From NCBI GenBank assembly GCA_013265495.1, contig MU058645.1, positions 746,001-778,687 of the forward strand: 32,687 nt of DNA, read 5' to 3'. This document shows, in pieces, positions 10,251-22,370 of the stretch (position 1 is the first letter of the stretch; each line of letters opens with the position of its first letter). The DNA is from Vicugna vicugna (Eukaryota). A model generated the notes under the pieces. The model worked only from the letters and a program-made list of their open reading frames with translations, had not been told where the DNA came from and searched no databases. Made by a program: the position numbers and the translations under genes.

Positions 10251-11685
10251 TCTTTAAAAAGAAGTTATTTTGAAATAGCAAAAATAGATGTGTTTTGTAT
10301 TCACCCAAACATTTACCGTCTCAGGTGCATTTTGTTTTTGTAGCTCTCTGGACAGAGTCCTTTCTGCTAGCCTTTTACTGTGACGTGGAAGGCGTTCCTC
10401 AATGTTTCTTGCAATGCACGTGTGCTGGTGACAGTTCTTTCAGCTTTTTTACTAACTACAAAGTCTGTCTTTTGCCTTTGTTTTTGAAAGATACTTGGTT
10501 CAGGATAGCATTCCAAATGTATAGCATTTGGGGCTTTTTCCTTTCAGTAATTTGGAGACACTGCTTGTTCGCTCCTGGCTTGAGTTGTTTCTTACAAGAA
10601 AGTTGTTGTCTTTTTCTAGCACTCTCTCTTTGTCACACGCATAGATTTTACACCCCGTCTCGTGGTTTGGTAAGCATGGCTCTGCCCCTGGTATGCGGAT
10701 GACTGTTCATGTGCCAGCCTGCCAGGTCCCTGAGCCTCCAGACTCCAGGCCACCCAGTCACTAAGGTGATGCTGCGAAGGCCCAGGGAGATGGCAGTCCC
10801 CGTGAGATACCTGCCGACCGAGATCCAGCCTGATTCCTGTCTGGATCTCCTCACGGATGAATTACTCACGTGCATGACTGAGAAAATAAGATAGCTCCAT
10901 GGACACATGTAGCATGCAGACTGTCATATAGAGCCAAGCACTGCGCTTGCTCTTCATCACTCTCAGGTGGAAACACCTCTCCATGTCACAGCGGTGCCGT
11001 TAGGAGCAATACCCCATGCTGAAATCACCACTCCAAGCTGCTGTTAATAACAGGTGGAATATTTTATTTTTCAGGAAATGTGTACTTGATTCCAAAATTA
11101 CTTTTTCTTTATAGGTTTTCCATATTTCACTTTTCAAATGCCAACTACAGGCTCTTAAAAAACTATTAGGAGCTTTATTTTATATCCAGAACTTCTGGTC
11201 TCCAGTTACTGTAACACTAGCCAGGAACCTCTCCCTAGGTAACTAAGCACCTGTGCAGGTCGCTGAGAGAGAGAGTCCATCTCAGAGGGGATGGAGTCCC
11301 AGTTACAGTCCTACTTGGCCTCAAGGAAACTGCCAGAACTGCCGGGGGCAGAGAATCCGGTTTGGGTCCATTTTAACTAGAAAAACACAGAACTAAATGA
11401 GTCTGCTTACCTCGTCTCTCCTTCACCCACCCTCCTCAGTTTAACCGGAAGTAAGAGAAGTTGTGTCTGAGACATTACTTTCCAAATTCTTTTTTTTTTT
11501 TTAAGTTGGTCTTGTCTACTAAGAACAGGTCAACAGAATGGATTTGGAAATTTTGTGATCTATTTGTCTCTCAGTCCTATTCAGATATACTCTGTTATCT
11601 GAAAAATAAGGAAGTATGTCCTTATAATGTTTCTAAAGGTGTATTTTATCAAAGTTTTTTAGGTTTTATTTTTATCAAAGTGGTG

Positions 11686-11732
11686 TATATATATGTATAT
11701 ATATATATATATATACATATATATACACACAT
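11686..11732. repeat. (TA)n microsatellite
   Basis: Imperfect TA run. Confidence 0.95.
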
Positions 11733-11789
11733 CAGCTTTGCATATAGCACATATATATGTCACAAATGCACGTAAGGAATAAAAAGGAG

Positions 11790-11964
11790 TCAAAGAGCAG
11801 TCAAATTTCTTAGGAAAAACAGGAGTGTCCTCCATTTCCATTTTCCCTATCAGGAAACTACTTTCAATCTACTTACTAAGTCTTTTGATATTTACCTCTA
11901 CAACTTTAAATTATATATTTATATTGCTATGTCTTTATTATATATATACATATATATAAATATA

Positions 11965-12003
<39 letters not shown>

Positions 12004-13830
12004 AGGTTTAGTAAATATTAGTGAGTTTCTACCCTAGGTATGAATATTCAGCTCTCTGTCCCACTCCCATTGCACCTGCAGCTCGCAGGACGCCATGGAA
12101 GCCCCAGTCATACTGCATTTCTGATGAAAGGATCCTCCTGAGTCAGGACTCTGGGGGGTCCACCTGTCACGTGAATGGTCTCCCCAGGACCTAGGTGACT
12201 CAGTGACCCTGCTCACCCTCCACATTTCTCTACCCTTTCATCCCACCCTCAGATATATTCATTTTCAATCATTAAAATGTAAGTATTCACATCACTATGT
12301 CTTTAGAATACTAATCACACAGCACAATAAGATTAATTTTATTTCCTGTACACTTCCATTGCTTGAACTAATACTTACCTTGATTTTGTTGTTTGCCTGG
12401 TTTTCCATGTACTTACTAATATTTCAACCCCAGACCTCCCACCCCTTATCAAAATCCCTTCCTAACACACTCAGATATGTCAGGAATTCTGTCAATTCCA
12501 TCTTCCTGAAACGTTGTCTCCCCTTCCTTCTCCAGTCTGGGCTCAGGACCCCAAGCCAGTGCACAAATGTCATGTTGAGATCACTGTGCCTTCATCCGGG
12601 GGCCTCGCTCTGCCTCTCTCCCGCACAGAAATCCCTGTTTCCTTTATCCCAAGTCTGCGCAGTTCTTGTTTTCCTCTCTTGTTTGGATGGAGTATGTCCT
12701 CCAGTGGCTTCCAGAGACAGGTCACGTGGAAGGTAAATCTTTGGAGAAACTGCATGTCTGAAAACAGCTTTCTTCTACATTCACATTTGTTTAAGGGTTG
12801 AGCTGAGTATAATATCCTAAGTTAGAGGCCATTTTTCTTTAGAACTTTGAAGTCATGTTCCACTGTCTTCCAACCTCCAATGTGGCGATTAAGTTCAAAG
12901 CCTTTCTGATTCCTGACTGCATGACTGATCCCTTTATTTCTCTCTCAGAAGTGGAAAGAATTTTCTCTTGTCCCAAGTATTCCAAAATATCATGATAATG
13001 CACTTTATCATGTGGGTCTATCTTAATTCACTGTATTTTCTTTCTTCACAATTTCTGTTTCCTTAAATTGTTTTTGTTTGTTTGCTTCTCTTGGTCTCTA
13101 ACTTTTCTTTTACAGGCTTTCTTAAAATGTCTCATAATCCTTGATCATCTGCTCATGTTTAAGACTGGGCTCTAAAACTGGGTAAAAACTGTGTAAGTGG
13201 TCAGTCTTGTTCATTGGAGAACTTTTGATGAAGTGCTTTTTGGTCTTTCCTTGTGGGCTGATCGGATTCTCCACAGAAGAACCTTCTTTTCTAGAGGTTA
13301 CAAGCCTGGTGTCTGCCGTGATTCTAGAAGCCAAGTCGGGGGAAGGCCTGGGCTCTGCACTTTTTCTTAATCCTCCTGTTATCATTAGCATGTCTGAGAC
13401 CCCTAAGATTGTCTGTTGTAATCTTTCCAGAAAATATCCTTTCCCTCCAATGTTCATCAGGGGTACAGAAGGAATGTGGGACTCCTGTCTTTCCCAAACA
13501 GAGTTTCAACCGATCTTCCAGATTTTTCTCCCACCTCATCTGAATTTCCAGAGGCCACGTAATGTCTCTAGCCCCTAAGAATTTGGTGATTCTGTGTTGT
13601 AAAGCACAGGGTTCCTGACTTCCCCACAGCTGGTTTAGAATTCGGTTTTTTCCACTTCTGCTATCATTCATCCGTTTGTTTCCAGTTTCCAAAACTTGTC
13701 ACTTTCTTTCCCTCTCTCTCTCTCTCTCTTCATTTGTCCTTGTGCGTTTATGCTCTGTCACTTCAGTGGGGATTCAGAAGGGAGCAAAGGTAATGTACGT
13801 GTTCAACTTACCATCTGTCCCTTGAAGTCT
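11790..13830 (-). mobile_element. HAL1 element, near full extent, decayed
   Basis: GGATGGAGTATGTCCTCCAGTGGCTTCC...CTGCATGTCTGAAAA...TTAGAACTTTGAAGTCATGTTCCACTGTCTTC. Ends in GTGTTCAACTTACCATCT...GAAGTC, resembling the HAL1 5' end in antisense. Confidence 0.8.
11938..12004. repeat. (TA)n microsatellite
   Basis: About 65-bp imperfect TA run. Confidence 0.95.
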
Positions 13831-13857
13831 GCATATTGTAACTGTTTTACTTACCTC

Positions 13858-14358
13858 TGTGGCAAACCCCACAAATACCCAAATCCTTCATTTTCCCTGT
13901 ATCTTTGCCCTTTTTAATGTGACTTTGAAGCTCCTGTCATCAGGAAGTGAAGTCCGTTCCCCTCCTCTTAAATCCAGGCTGGCCCTGTGACTTGCTTTGG
14001 CCAATAAAATGCAGTGGAAATGGCAACACAGCAGCTGCAGGCCTCTGGCTGCCTCCCATTGATTCCACTCATGTTGGAACCCCATCCAGCCATGATGTGG
14101 ACAAGCCCACACTTGCCTGCTGGAAAGTGAGGAGTGTCTGGAAGGAGATGAGCCTTTTCAGCTGAAGCTTTCCTAGACCAGCTGCCTTAGTGGGTCCCAG
14201 AGCTACAAGTGCAGGAGTGAACACCACTGAAACTAGAAAAACAACCTCACCCTGCTTAGCACAGATTTCCAACCCACTGAAGAGTGAGCAAAAGAGCTGT
14301 TGCTTTAAGCCACTCAGTTTTAGGGACAGTTGTTACACAGCAAAGGCTAACCGGCACA
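13858..14358 (+). mobile_element. ERVL-MaLR solo LTR (MLT1G/H-like)
   Basis: TGT...ACA termini, GGCTGGCCCTGTGACTTGCTTTGGCCAATAAAATG, and TTTAAGCCACTCAGTTTTAGGG...TTGTTACACAGCAA. Confidence 0.88.
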
Positions 14359-15639
14359 GTTTCTAAAGAACATGATTTCAACAAGTCACTCAGCTCCACT
14401 ATTAAAGATGTCGGAAAATAACCTCACCAAGTCAGAAATGAAGCCATCCATCGAAATAGTTCATTTCAACTTGCTGTTCATTATGATTTGAACAACACCT
14501 GCATAAATAATAATGGGTTGGTTTTGAACTTTAAATTGTTCTTATTGCAAAACCACGCTCCCCAAAAGATAACAAATCAATTTCATAGTCAGTGCTCACA
14601 CAGCAGTAGACAATTTATCCTGACACTTGATCCCTGCTGGCTATGGTTCCCAATTATGCCAGATGCTGACGAGCTCATGAAGATGCTGGGGATGGTGTGC
14701 AATCAGACTCGTTGAGATTCCAGGAGCACATCTGCTGTGGTTCAGCGCATCATCGAATCCCTCCATCAGCGAAAGAGTGACACCTCCTACTTTTACATCT
14801 GTTTGCTTCTTACCAGGACTAAAGTAGCACATCAATTCACTGTGAAGTTGCCCTTTTTCAGATGTTACTGCAGTTGGCCAGAGTCCAAAAGAAAATTAAA
14901 GATTGGAGGAAGTGTGAATAAAGAAAACAGGATAAAGCAAAGTAAGCATGGTAAGTGCTTATGATAATGCAGTTGCACCGGGCTCTGTGATGAGACGACC
15001 GCCTGTCCTCCCTGCCCAGGCTTCTCCAGAGCTGCGGCAGATGATGCAGAGGTGCAAAGAAGTCTGAACCTCATCTTTGTTCCTGAACTGACTCACAGAC
15101 CTGGGCAGGACAGAGAGCGAGAAACACCTTTGTGGGCGCAACACAGGATTCAGAGGCTGTGGGTGGATCATCTAATGCGGGAGAAGTATCAACTGTAGCT
15201 AGAGGAGGAAAAGGAAGAGAATAAATTAGCCATGAAAATTTAACATCCTCATTTCCTGAAGCCTAGAAACTTCCAGTTATCTTCCAAGATGACTAGAATT
15301 GAAGAAGGGGTAAAAAAGCTGATTACCTAATTCTTTAGACATTGATTCTTTTAATGTTTTAAGATACATGCAATTATTTTCCCTCACGAAATTTGAAATG
15401 GTGTATTACTTAGGCCATGTTATGAACAGTTAACATTGCCAAGTCTCTAAAAATGCAATGACAAATGATTCTTCTGTTTCATTTTGTTCTCGAAGGATGT
15501 CCACCACCAAGTTGCTTTTTTAACCCATAAAACTGACTTGAAAGTTATGATGGGATCTTCTAAATGAATTACAGGTGGGGAGAGGGAGGAGATGTCACCA
15601 AAATATTTTTCCCTAATGTTGAAAGTTTCAAACATTAGG

Positions 15640-15915
15640 GGGAAAAAAAAGACATGCTAAAAAATGTCAGGGGTGTGCATCCATCTGAGGGAAACATAGA
15701 ATATACTCAAGCCAGGTGGAAAGAGGAAAATAATGTCAAACAGGAGATAAAGGGTTTGGTGACTGAGAAGGGTCATGAGTGGGGCTCAGACAATGTTCAA
15801 TTTCTGGTCCTGGATTATGGTTACAAATACATTCACTTTTTGATCATTTATTTAGCTGACTTTTGTTTTATGTGATTTATTGTATGTAAGTTATGTTTTC
15901 CAATAAAAATGGTTT
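15640..15915 (+). mobile_element. Old L1M (L1MC/ME) 3' end
   Basis: AATGTTCAATTTCTGGTCCTGGATTATGGTTACA...TATGTTTTCCAATAAAAA. Confidence 0.7.
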
Positions 15916-16084
15916 TGACATTTGTATCTACAAGGAAACAGAGAGAGATGATGGTTATCTAAACTAGAGTAGGGAAAAAGAGAATTAAGCAGAATCAATA
16001 AATATTAAAGAATTAAAGTGCATTGGACTTGGATTCTGGTGCTCCTTTCCAGAAGGAAACTGGAGGTAGAGTCGTTTGGCACCT

Positions 16085-16490
16085 ACTGATTTAGGAAATC
16101 TATGGGGTGTTCTCTGAGTGGAGACACAGCTCTGCAGTCAAGTGTCTGTGTCTTGCTCTCAGAAGAGGGGCCTAAGCTGGAGACAGGAGATTTGAGAGTC
16201 AGCAGCACAGTGTAGTGGGTCTCTGAGGTGTGGGAATTAGGAAAAGAGGTGAAGAGAAGGTCAGGTGGAACCCAGCACACGCATGCATTCAAGAGAGACG
16301 CAGAGGAAATAAAGAACCCAAAGGCACTTCCAGACACGCAGGAGGAGAACCTGGAGAAAATGGGCCCATGAAAGCCAAAAGAAGGGAGGAGTTAAAGAAT
16401 TTAAAATGGGCAACAGTGGTTAATGCCACCAAGAGGAAAAAGGTGATCGGGATGGGGAAGCATCCTTTGCATTAGCAACAAGGGAAAAGG
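16085..16490 (-). mobile_element. L2 LINE fragment
   Basis: GCTGGAGACAGGAGATTTGAGAGTCAGCAGCA, GGAGGAGAACCTGGAGA...GAAAGCCAAAAGAAG and CCTTTGCATTAGCAAC. Confidence 0.8.
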
Positions 16491-17234
16491 AAACCTGGAG
16501 AGAAACACCTCTTCCATCCATCGTTCAGGAGTGAGGGAGGAAGCGGAAGATGTGGATGCAGGCAGGTTTGTTCACAGTGTCGTCAGAAGAGGAGGTAATT
16601 CTAATGGGCTGTCTTTTCTCCAGGAGGTGGGAGTAAGGATTTGGCATTGACTTCCAACCAAAATTCTACAGTATTTAATCAGGTATTGCTCATTTTGATA
16701 CTATAGTATCTTTCTAAACATAGAATTTTGGCTACAAGCTAACATAAATGTCTCTTTATCACCATTTTTCCAGATGTATGACATAATAACTATGTAATCT
16801 GTACTTCTGGGTCAAGCCTAGAAGTCCACTTTATTTTATAGTGTTTTGACTTTAACATAACTTTCTAAAAGTAGAAAAAGAACAGGCTAGTGTTCTCATC
16901 AACACAGGCAAAAACATAAGGGAAAAAAGAAATGTTTTCCCAAATCTAAAGTATAAAATATATGCTTCTACAAGTTACTTTTGGAAAGTTGACGTCTCTT
17001 TAAACTGAAATACATGCTCCTAACTATGAGGCACTTGTGCATTTAAACCTGTTTATCTGGTCGTGGAAGTGGTTAAGCTGCTCAACATCTGAAGTGATCC
17101 CAGATCTCGCCACTGTATGTTTGCTGCTGGCAAAGGCTGGAATCTTCCAGAGCCATGACATCTTCACTGTACATTTCAACAAAATAAAATACCTAAATAT
17201 CCCTCTATACCTTCTATTATTATGAATGTTCAAA

Positions 17235-17478
17235 ATATATTATTTGGGGGAAAACATAAGTTGCAGAATCACACATTTGGTATAATCCACACACACATAC
17301 ACACGGTTTAATGTTCATTCAATAGTATCAAGAGGAATTCACTCTAACTGCTAATATTGTTATGTCTGAAATATGGAAAGAGAAGAGGACAGGAATTTAA
17401 AGGAACTGTCACTTTTCAGTTTACATGCTTTATATTGCATACATTTATACCTTTAAATGTATTATCATTTTAAATAAG
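17235..17478 (+). mobile_element. L1ME4-like 3' end
   Basis: AAGTTGCAGAATCAC...ACTGCTAATATTGTTATGTCTG...ACTTTTCAGTTTACATGCTTTATATTG. Confidence 0.6.
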
Positions 17479-17659
17479 TAGACCTTAATTGACAAATCTG
17501 TGTCAACAATTTTGTACCAATAAAGTGATTTATTAGGAAGATAATGCAAAAAGAATAAGCAATTAATGAGATATTTTATAACTTTAAAATTCCTTTCTAT
17601 TAGTTAGGATTCCAAGGCTTGTCTAGTTCTTAACAGAACTAGTTGTAGCCTGTAGTTTA

Positions 17660-17870
17660 CATAATTACTATATGTAAGATGATTTGCCAAATATCTACAT
17701 GCATTAAAGCATTTAATACTCACATTAAATCTATACCATTGGCATTTTCTTAGCCCCATTTTCAAAGGAGGAAATTAAATCCCAGAGAGGTTAAGTGTCT
17801 TGCCAAAATCAAACCGTTAGAAAAGAGGGGACTTAGTATTTGAATCCTGTTCTTAACCTTTACACCTCAC
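17660..17870 (-). mobile_element. MIR SINE
   Basis: CCCCATTTTCAAAGGAGGAAATTAAATCCCAGAGAGGTTAAGTGTCTTGCCAAAATCA. Confidence 0.8.
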
Positions 17871-18411
17871 TACCCGCTTCCCTTTACTCACACTTTGCAT
17901 TTTAGAAAACAGTTTAATGCAGTGCTGGGAGCTCCAAGAGTAAAATGATGTCACCACAGTCAGTTCTCCAGCCGAAAGTTGCATGCTGATTAGCTGCTCA
18001 TTCTAACAAATGGTTACTTTATGCAACAAGCACTTCATGCACCTATCTTTGCCAAAAGCAATCACTGGAGACAGCAGGCTGGATTGCAAAATGGAAATGG
18101 CATCAAGTCTTCACCTCAGCAAAGCTAGCAGAAGAGCCAAAGTGGATAGACAGTTTGATGAACCGAAGTGTTTGTATCAGTCCCGTTAGTTTAAATTGCA
18201 ACCCCCGAGGACAAGACGCACAGGTTTCATCTTCATCACATAATTTGCAAGACCCACAAAATGGCATCCCAAATCTTTCAAGAGTAAATGTTCAAGTAAA
18301 TGGCCTTATTCCTTTGATAACTATGTAAGTTTAAAAAGCCAGAGCTCTAAACATTCTTAGAAACAATGAACAGTACATATATGTAAATTAAAAAAAAATA
18401 CATGTGCAGTT

Positions 18412-18940
18412 AAAAAAAAATCTATCAAGCCATGAAAGACATAGAAGAAACTTACAAGACATATTACTAAATGAAAGAAGCCAGTCCGGAAAGGCTACAA
18501 GCTGTACAATTCCAACCAAATGACATTCTGGAAAAGGCACAGCTACAGGAACAATAAAAAGATTGTGGTTTCCAGGGGTTTGAGGAGAGAGAGGGAGGGA
18601 GGAATGAGTAGATGGAGCACAAGGGATTTTTAGGGCAATGAAATTATTCTGTATGATACTATAGTGGTGGCTACACGTCATCATGCATTTGTCAAGACCT
18701 ATAGAACGTACAACATCAAGAGTGAACCCTAACGTAAACTGTGGACTTTGGTTGATAATAATGTGCCCATGTTGGTTCATTGGTTTTACCAAATATGCCA
18801 CACTGGTGAGGGATGTTGAAGGGAGGGGAGGATATATGTGTGGGTGGGGAGGGCTATGTGCGAACTCTGTATATTCTGCTTAATTCTGTTGTGAACCTGA
18901 AACTGCTCTAAAAGAACAAAGTCTACTTAAAAAAAAAAAA
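18412..18940 (+). mobile_element. L1MC1-like 3' UTR with poly(A)
   Basis: TGACATTCTGGAAAAGGCA, AAGAGTGAACCCTAACGTAAACTGTGGACTTTGG and TGAACCTGAAACTGCTCTAAAA, followed by an A-tail. Confidence 0.92.
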
Positions 18941-18964
18941 GAGTAAATGCTGAAGATACAATCT

Positions 18965-19375
18965 GAATGAGTTAGTACTCTCTGGATTCAAGTGGCAGAA
19001 AATCCAATCAAAAGTTGCTTAAGTATATGTGTATATATTTACAGTCATATTTATATATACAAACATACATATAATATACTTTTCTCCATATAAACATACA
19101 TATGTAATTGTATCAGAGTAAGAGAAGTGGAGGCCGTAATTTGTCGCAGAGGCTTGAGGACACCACTGGACTCACCTTCACACTCCCTCTGGGAAATGTT
19201 CTCCAACGACAGTTGCTTTGTGGGGACAGGAAGCGTCTACAGCCTCTCACACTTGCCCAAGTTCACGTCCAGAGGAAAAAGAGCTCCATGTGTGGTCGCC
19301 GGAACCGAAGCCCTGAGACTCACTGGGACTGAATCAGTGTGGGCTACGTGCCACCCCAGCCAGGGATCCGGGTCA
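18965..19375 (-). mobile_element. Old MaLR LTR (MLT1J/K-like) with an internal TA-rich simple repeat at about 19023-19105
   Basis: TTCAAGTGGCAGAAAATCCAATCAAAAGTTGCTTAAG start and GGGCTACGTGCCACCCC near the end. Confidence 0.55.
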
Positions 19376-21523
19376 GAAAACTTGCGTGCGGACTGCCCGG
19401 ACCCCCGGGACCCGGAGCCCGCTGAGCCCCCGTGAGGGGCTCTGGGGACAGGTGACCTCCCTGGGAAGTCAGGGCCATTGCTGAAGACCAGTGGGAGGGA
19501 CGCCCTGAGGGCACGCACAGACCCCCCCGGGACCCGTGCTCGGAGGGCTGTCTGCCGGCAGCGGGGGACAGAGAAGCCTTAGGTTAGCTGAATGTCTCTC
19601 CTGGCCAGGACTCCCCAGACTTTCCACTTCTGAGAAGAATACAACCAATTTCAAAACTGGATGTTAATTAATAGATTATCAAAGCAGAAATTCTGTCCTG
19701 AAGAAAAAAAACCCAAACATTAAAAAAAGACTAATTTTTTTCAAACTTCCAAAGGTGAACCAATCATACATAACAAGGAAAGGGGTCATGACTGACATCG
19801 TACCTGCTCCTTGCTACCAGTTTTCAATCTCTGACGAAAGATGAGAAACATCAGTTGTTCATCTCCACCTACTATTTGCTAAATTGTTTAAAGAGTTCAT
19901 AGTTTTCGCATTTCAAGGTGCTCTGTCCCTGTAAAGAGGAGTTCCTTCAACAGGAAAAACACCTACTTCCACTCTACAAAATGCTACCCAGTAAATTGTA
20001 TTTGAGAAAATTTACTTTGTTTTTATTATCAATAACTTTTGTACAAATATAAATACAAGTTGGACCTTTTTTTTTCCAAATAGATCTTTTCATTGCAAGG
20101 AAACAGAAAACAAACTATTCAAACAAAACGCGGGATGTGTTTTCTTAAAACGACAAGCAGAAGAAAGCCACAGAAGCCCCTTCAGCTCCCAACATCTCCA
20201 AACTCAGAGACCCAGTGCGTGAGTATCCTGTACATAGAGCCGAACTTAAACTACCATTCTCTCCTGGAAAGATTAAAGCCAAAACATCACTGGCAGAATT
20301 ACCGTCTAATTGTGTTCTCTTCTAATGGAAATCTCAAACAAGGAAATGGCAAAGGGCAGAGGGTATGTGAAGAAACTTCTTTGTTTCTTTCTGAAACAGA
20401 AATGCTTTCTTTGGTCATTTTTATCAACATTGCTACTTTAAATATGCAAGCATTCAGATATGGGAGTTAACCAGGCTTACCAAATCCCAAAGATAGTGTT
20501 TCACTTTGAGAATCAGTTCCAGGTGAAATTTCCTTGCACGTCTCCTAAAAGACGTTTCCTTTTCCATTTCATACAACACAGAGATGGAGACCTTCATAAT
20601 TTTTAACTAAGTAAGTCCTCCTCCAAGGTGCCCACTGTCCTGAATGTGAAGCCAAGATCCTTGCCCAGCCTCCTCAGCTCTGCAAGGCCCACCAGACCCT
20701 CCTTCCTGCTCCCCCACCCAGAGCACCCGGCCTTTGCTCCCACACAGACAGCCGTCACTTCTAAAGGAACAGGAAGGGCTACCTTTTTAGAATAAGTTTG
20801 TGCAGGAGCCCCATGAATTTTTATAACTGTAACTGGATTTTCATTTTCCAGTGAAGTGATCCACAACCCTCTCACCTGGTCTCTGTATTTATAAATGGAG
20901 GACTGAGACATTGATCTTTGCCACTGGGACACAGCTGACTAAAGCAATATAACTGCCAAGAGTTCCCGTCCAAGAGATCTGTCATGGGAGCTCCTGGGAG
21001 TCTGCAGATTAATATCAATCTAGATTATGGGTATTAATATCTCCAAGGTGTTGGAGAGGTTGCTGCCTCCGACTGCCGTCCTGATCCCGTCTGGAACCCT
21101 GCCTGTTTACATTCTGCTTGAAGGAGGTTCACATGACGGGTGAGCAGTTCTAGGCCGCACGGGCTCCAGGCTCAGGCTGCGTTTGTTTACCCATCGCCCT
21201 AGTGAGGGACTAGGTCCCAGGACGCCTTGCTGCAGTTCGTGTTTGGCCCCCTGGGAGGCTGCCCACTGCCTCGCCCCATCACCTCAGTGGTCGGATTCCT
21301 CTTGTCGACTTCCCTTCTCTCAAAGACTCACACCCCAGGGACGAGTGTTCCTCAGCCCCACCCTGGGGCACAGAGCCTTTCTGTGGCCCGAGTCAGACTC
21401 CCCGTGCTTTACGGGTTAGTCTGCACCTCTCTAGATATTCCCTTTTCCTGCTCCGTCCTCTGTGACCTTCTCATGCCCAGACTTTAAGCCTCATTAACAG
21501 CCTCAACATCCAGGAAGACCCTC

Positions 21524-21996
21524 TGTTACTGAGTCCAAACTCATTCTGCTCGCCGCAAAATAGGCCAATAAATTGGGAGATGAGCTGTTGGGGCAAGGAA
21601 TAACAACCTTATTCAGAAAGCCAGCAGACCGAGAAGATGGGGGACTAATGTCCTAGAGAACCATCTTCTCCAAGTTTGACTTCAGCTTCTTGTACGCTAG
21701 AAAGGAAAAGTGTGAAGTCCTGGGTCTAGCCGGCCTCCAGAGGGGCTGTGTCCATTTCTTCCTGCCTGCTGTCATTCACAGGTGGGCCTGGTCAGGATGG
21801 TTCCTGTGAGCTGAACAAAGGCATTTTAGCTTAACGCTCATTACTTGGGAGGTAGGGTTCCCAGAGATGGGCCATTATGTATAACTTAGGCTTATAAGCA
21901 ACATCCCTACTTAGTTGTTAGCAAGCAATAGAATACAAAGGTTAAAGTAAAAGAAACAGATCTACTACAGAGCCAGATTTGTCTTTCCCTATCACA
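21524..21996 (-). mobile_element. ERV1-class solo LTR, MER41-like cetartiodactyl family
   Basis: TGT...ACA termini with 4-bp flanks CCTC/CCTA. GGGGCAAGGAATAACAACCTTATTCAGAAAGCCAGCAGACCGAGAAGATGG and AAAGGTTAAAGTAAAAGAAACAGATCT match a recalled consensus. Confidence 0.82.
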
Positions 21997-22157
21997 CCTA
22001 CCTCGTAGAGCACTTTGCTGTTTATTAAACTAGAGGACATGTGTTAAGGTCTGAGCGAGGTAGTTCACTTCTCTACCAGAAGCGTCCTTATGCGTTCTCT
22101 TGCTTAAACTTCAGGAGCGTGTAGTGAATTTGGTGTAACCATTTTCCTTTATTTATG

Positions 22158-22370
22158 TAATAATAAAATAACAGCTGACATTTCTTGAGTGCTAGCCTTT
22201 ATGAGTTTAAGCACTTTAAGCACTTTATGAGTTAACTCATTTAGTCTTTGTAACGCCACAGGGGTAATTACATTATGTCCATTTTACAGATGAGGAAACT
22301 GAGGCATGAAGGTCTAAGTAACTTGCCCAAGTTTATACAACAGATAGATGACAAAACCAGAATTTGAACT
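22158..22370 (-). mobile_element. MIR SINE, cut off by an L1 insertion
   Basis: CCATTTTACAGATGAGGAAACTGAGGCATG...AAGTAACTTGCCCAAG. Confidence 0.92.

Larger units (their letters stand above)
9560..10620 (-). mobile_element. Old L1M fragment (ORF1/inter-ORF region) interrupted by a MITE and a younger L1 tail
   Basis: TTTCTTGCAATGCACGTGTGCTGGTGACAGTTCTTTCAGCTTTT and TTTTGCCTTTGTTTTTGAAAGATA are typical antisense L1M ORF1 sequence. Confidence 0.7.

Noticed and set aside
11060..11115. Splice-acceptor-like motifs (also at about 26514 and 30757)
   Set aside because: There is no matching donor or coding frame, and such motifs are expected by chance in T-rich DNA.
12203..12736. 177-aa hydrophobic ORF
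   Set aside because: It is a T-rich antisense reading of HAL1 with a GTG start.
3250..13830. Inverted pair of HAL1 copies as a dsRNA or recombination substrate
   Set aside because: The copies appear too diverged and lie more than 6 kb apart.
18388..18801. 137-aa minus-strand ORF
   Set aside because: It is an antisense reading of an L1MC 3' UTR, a common source of spurious predicted proteins.
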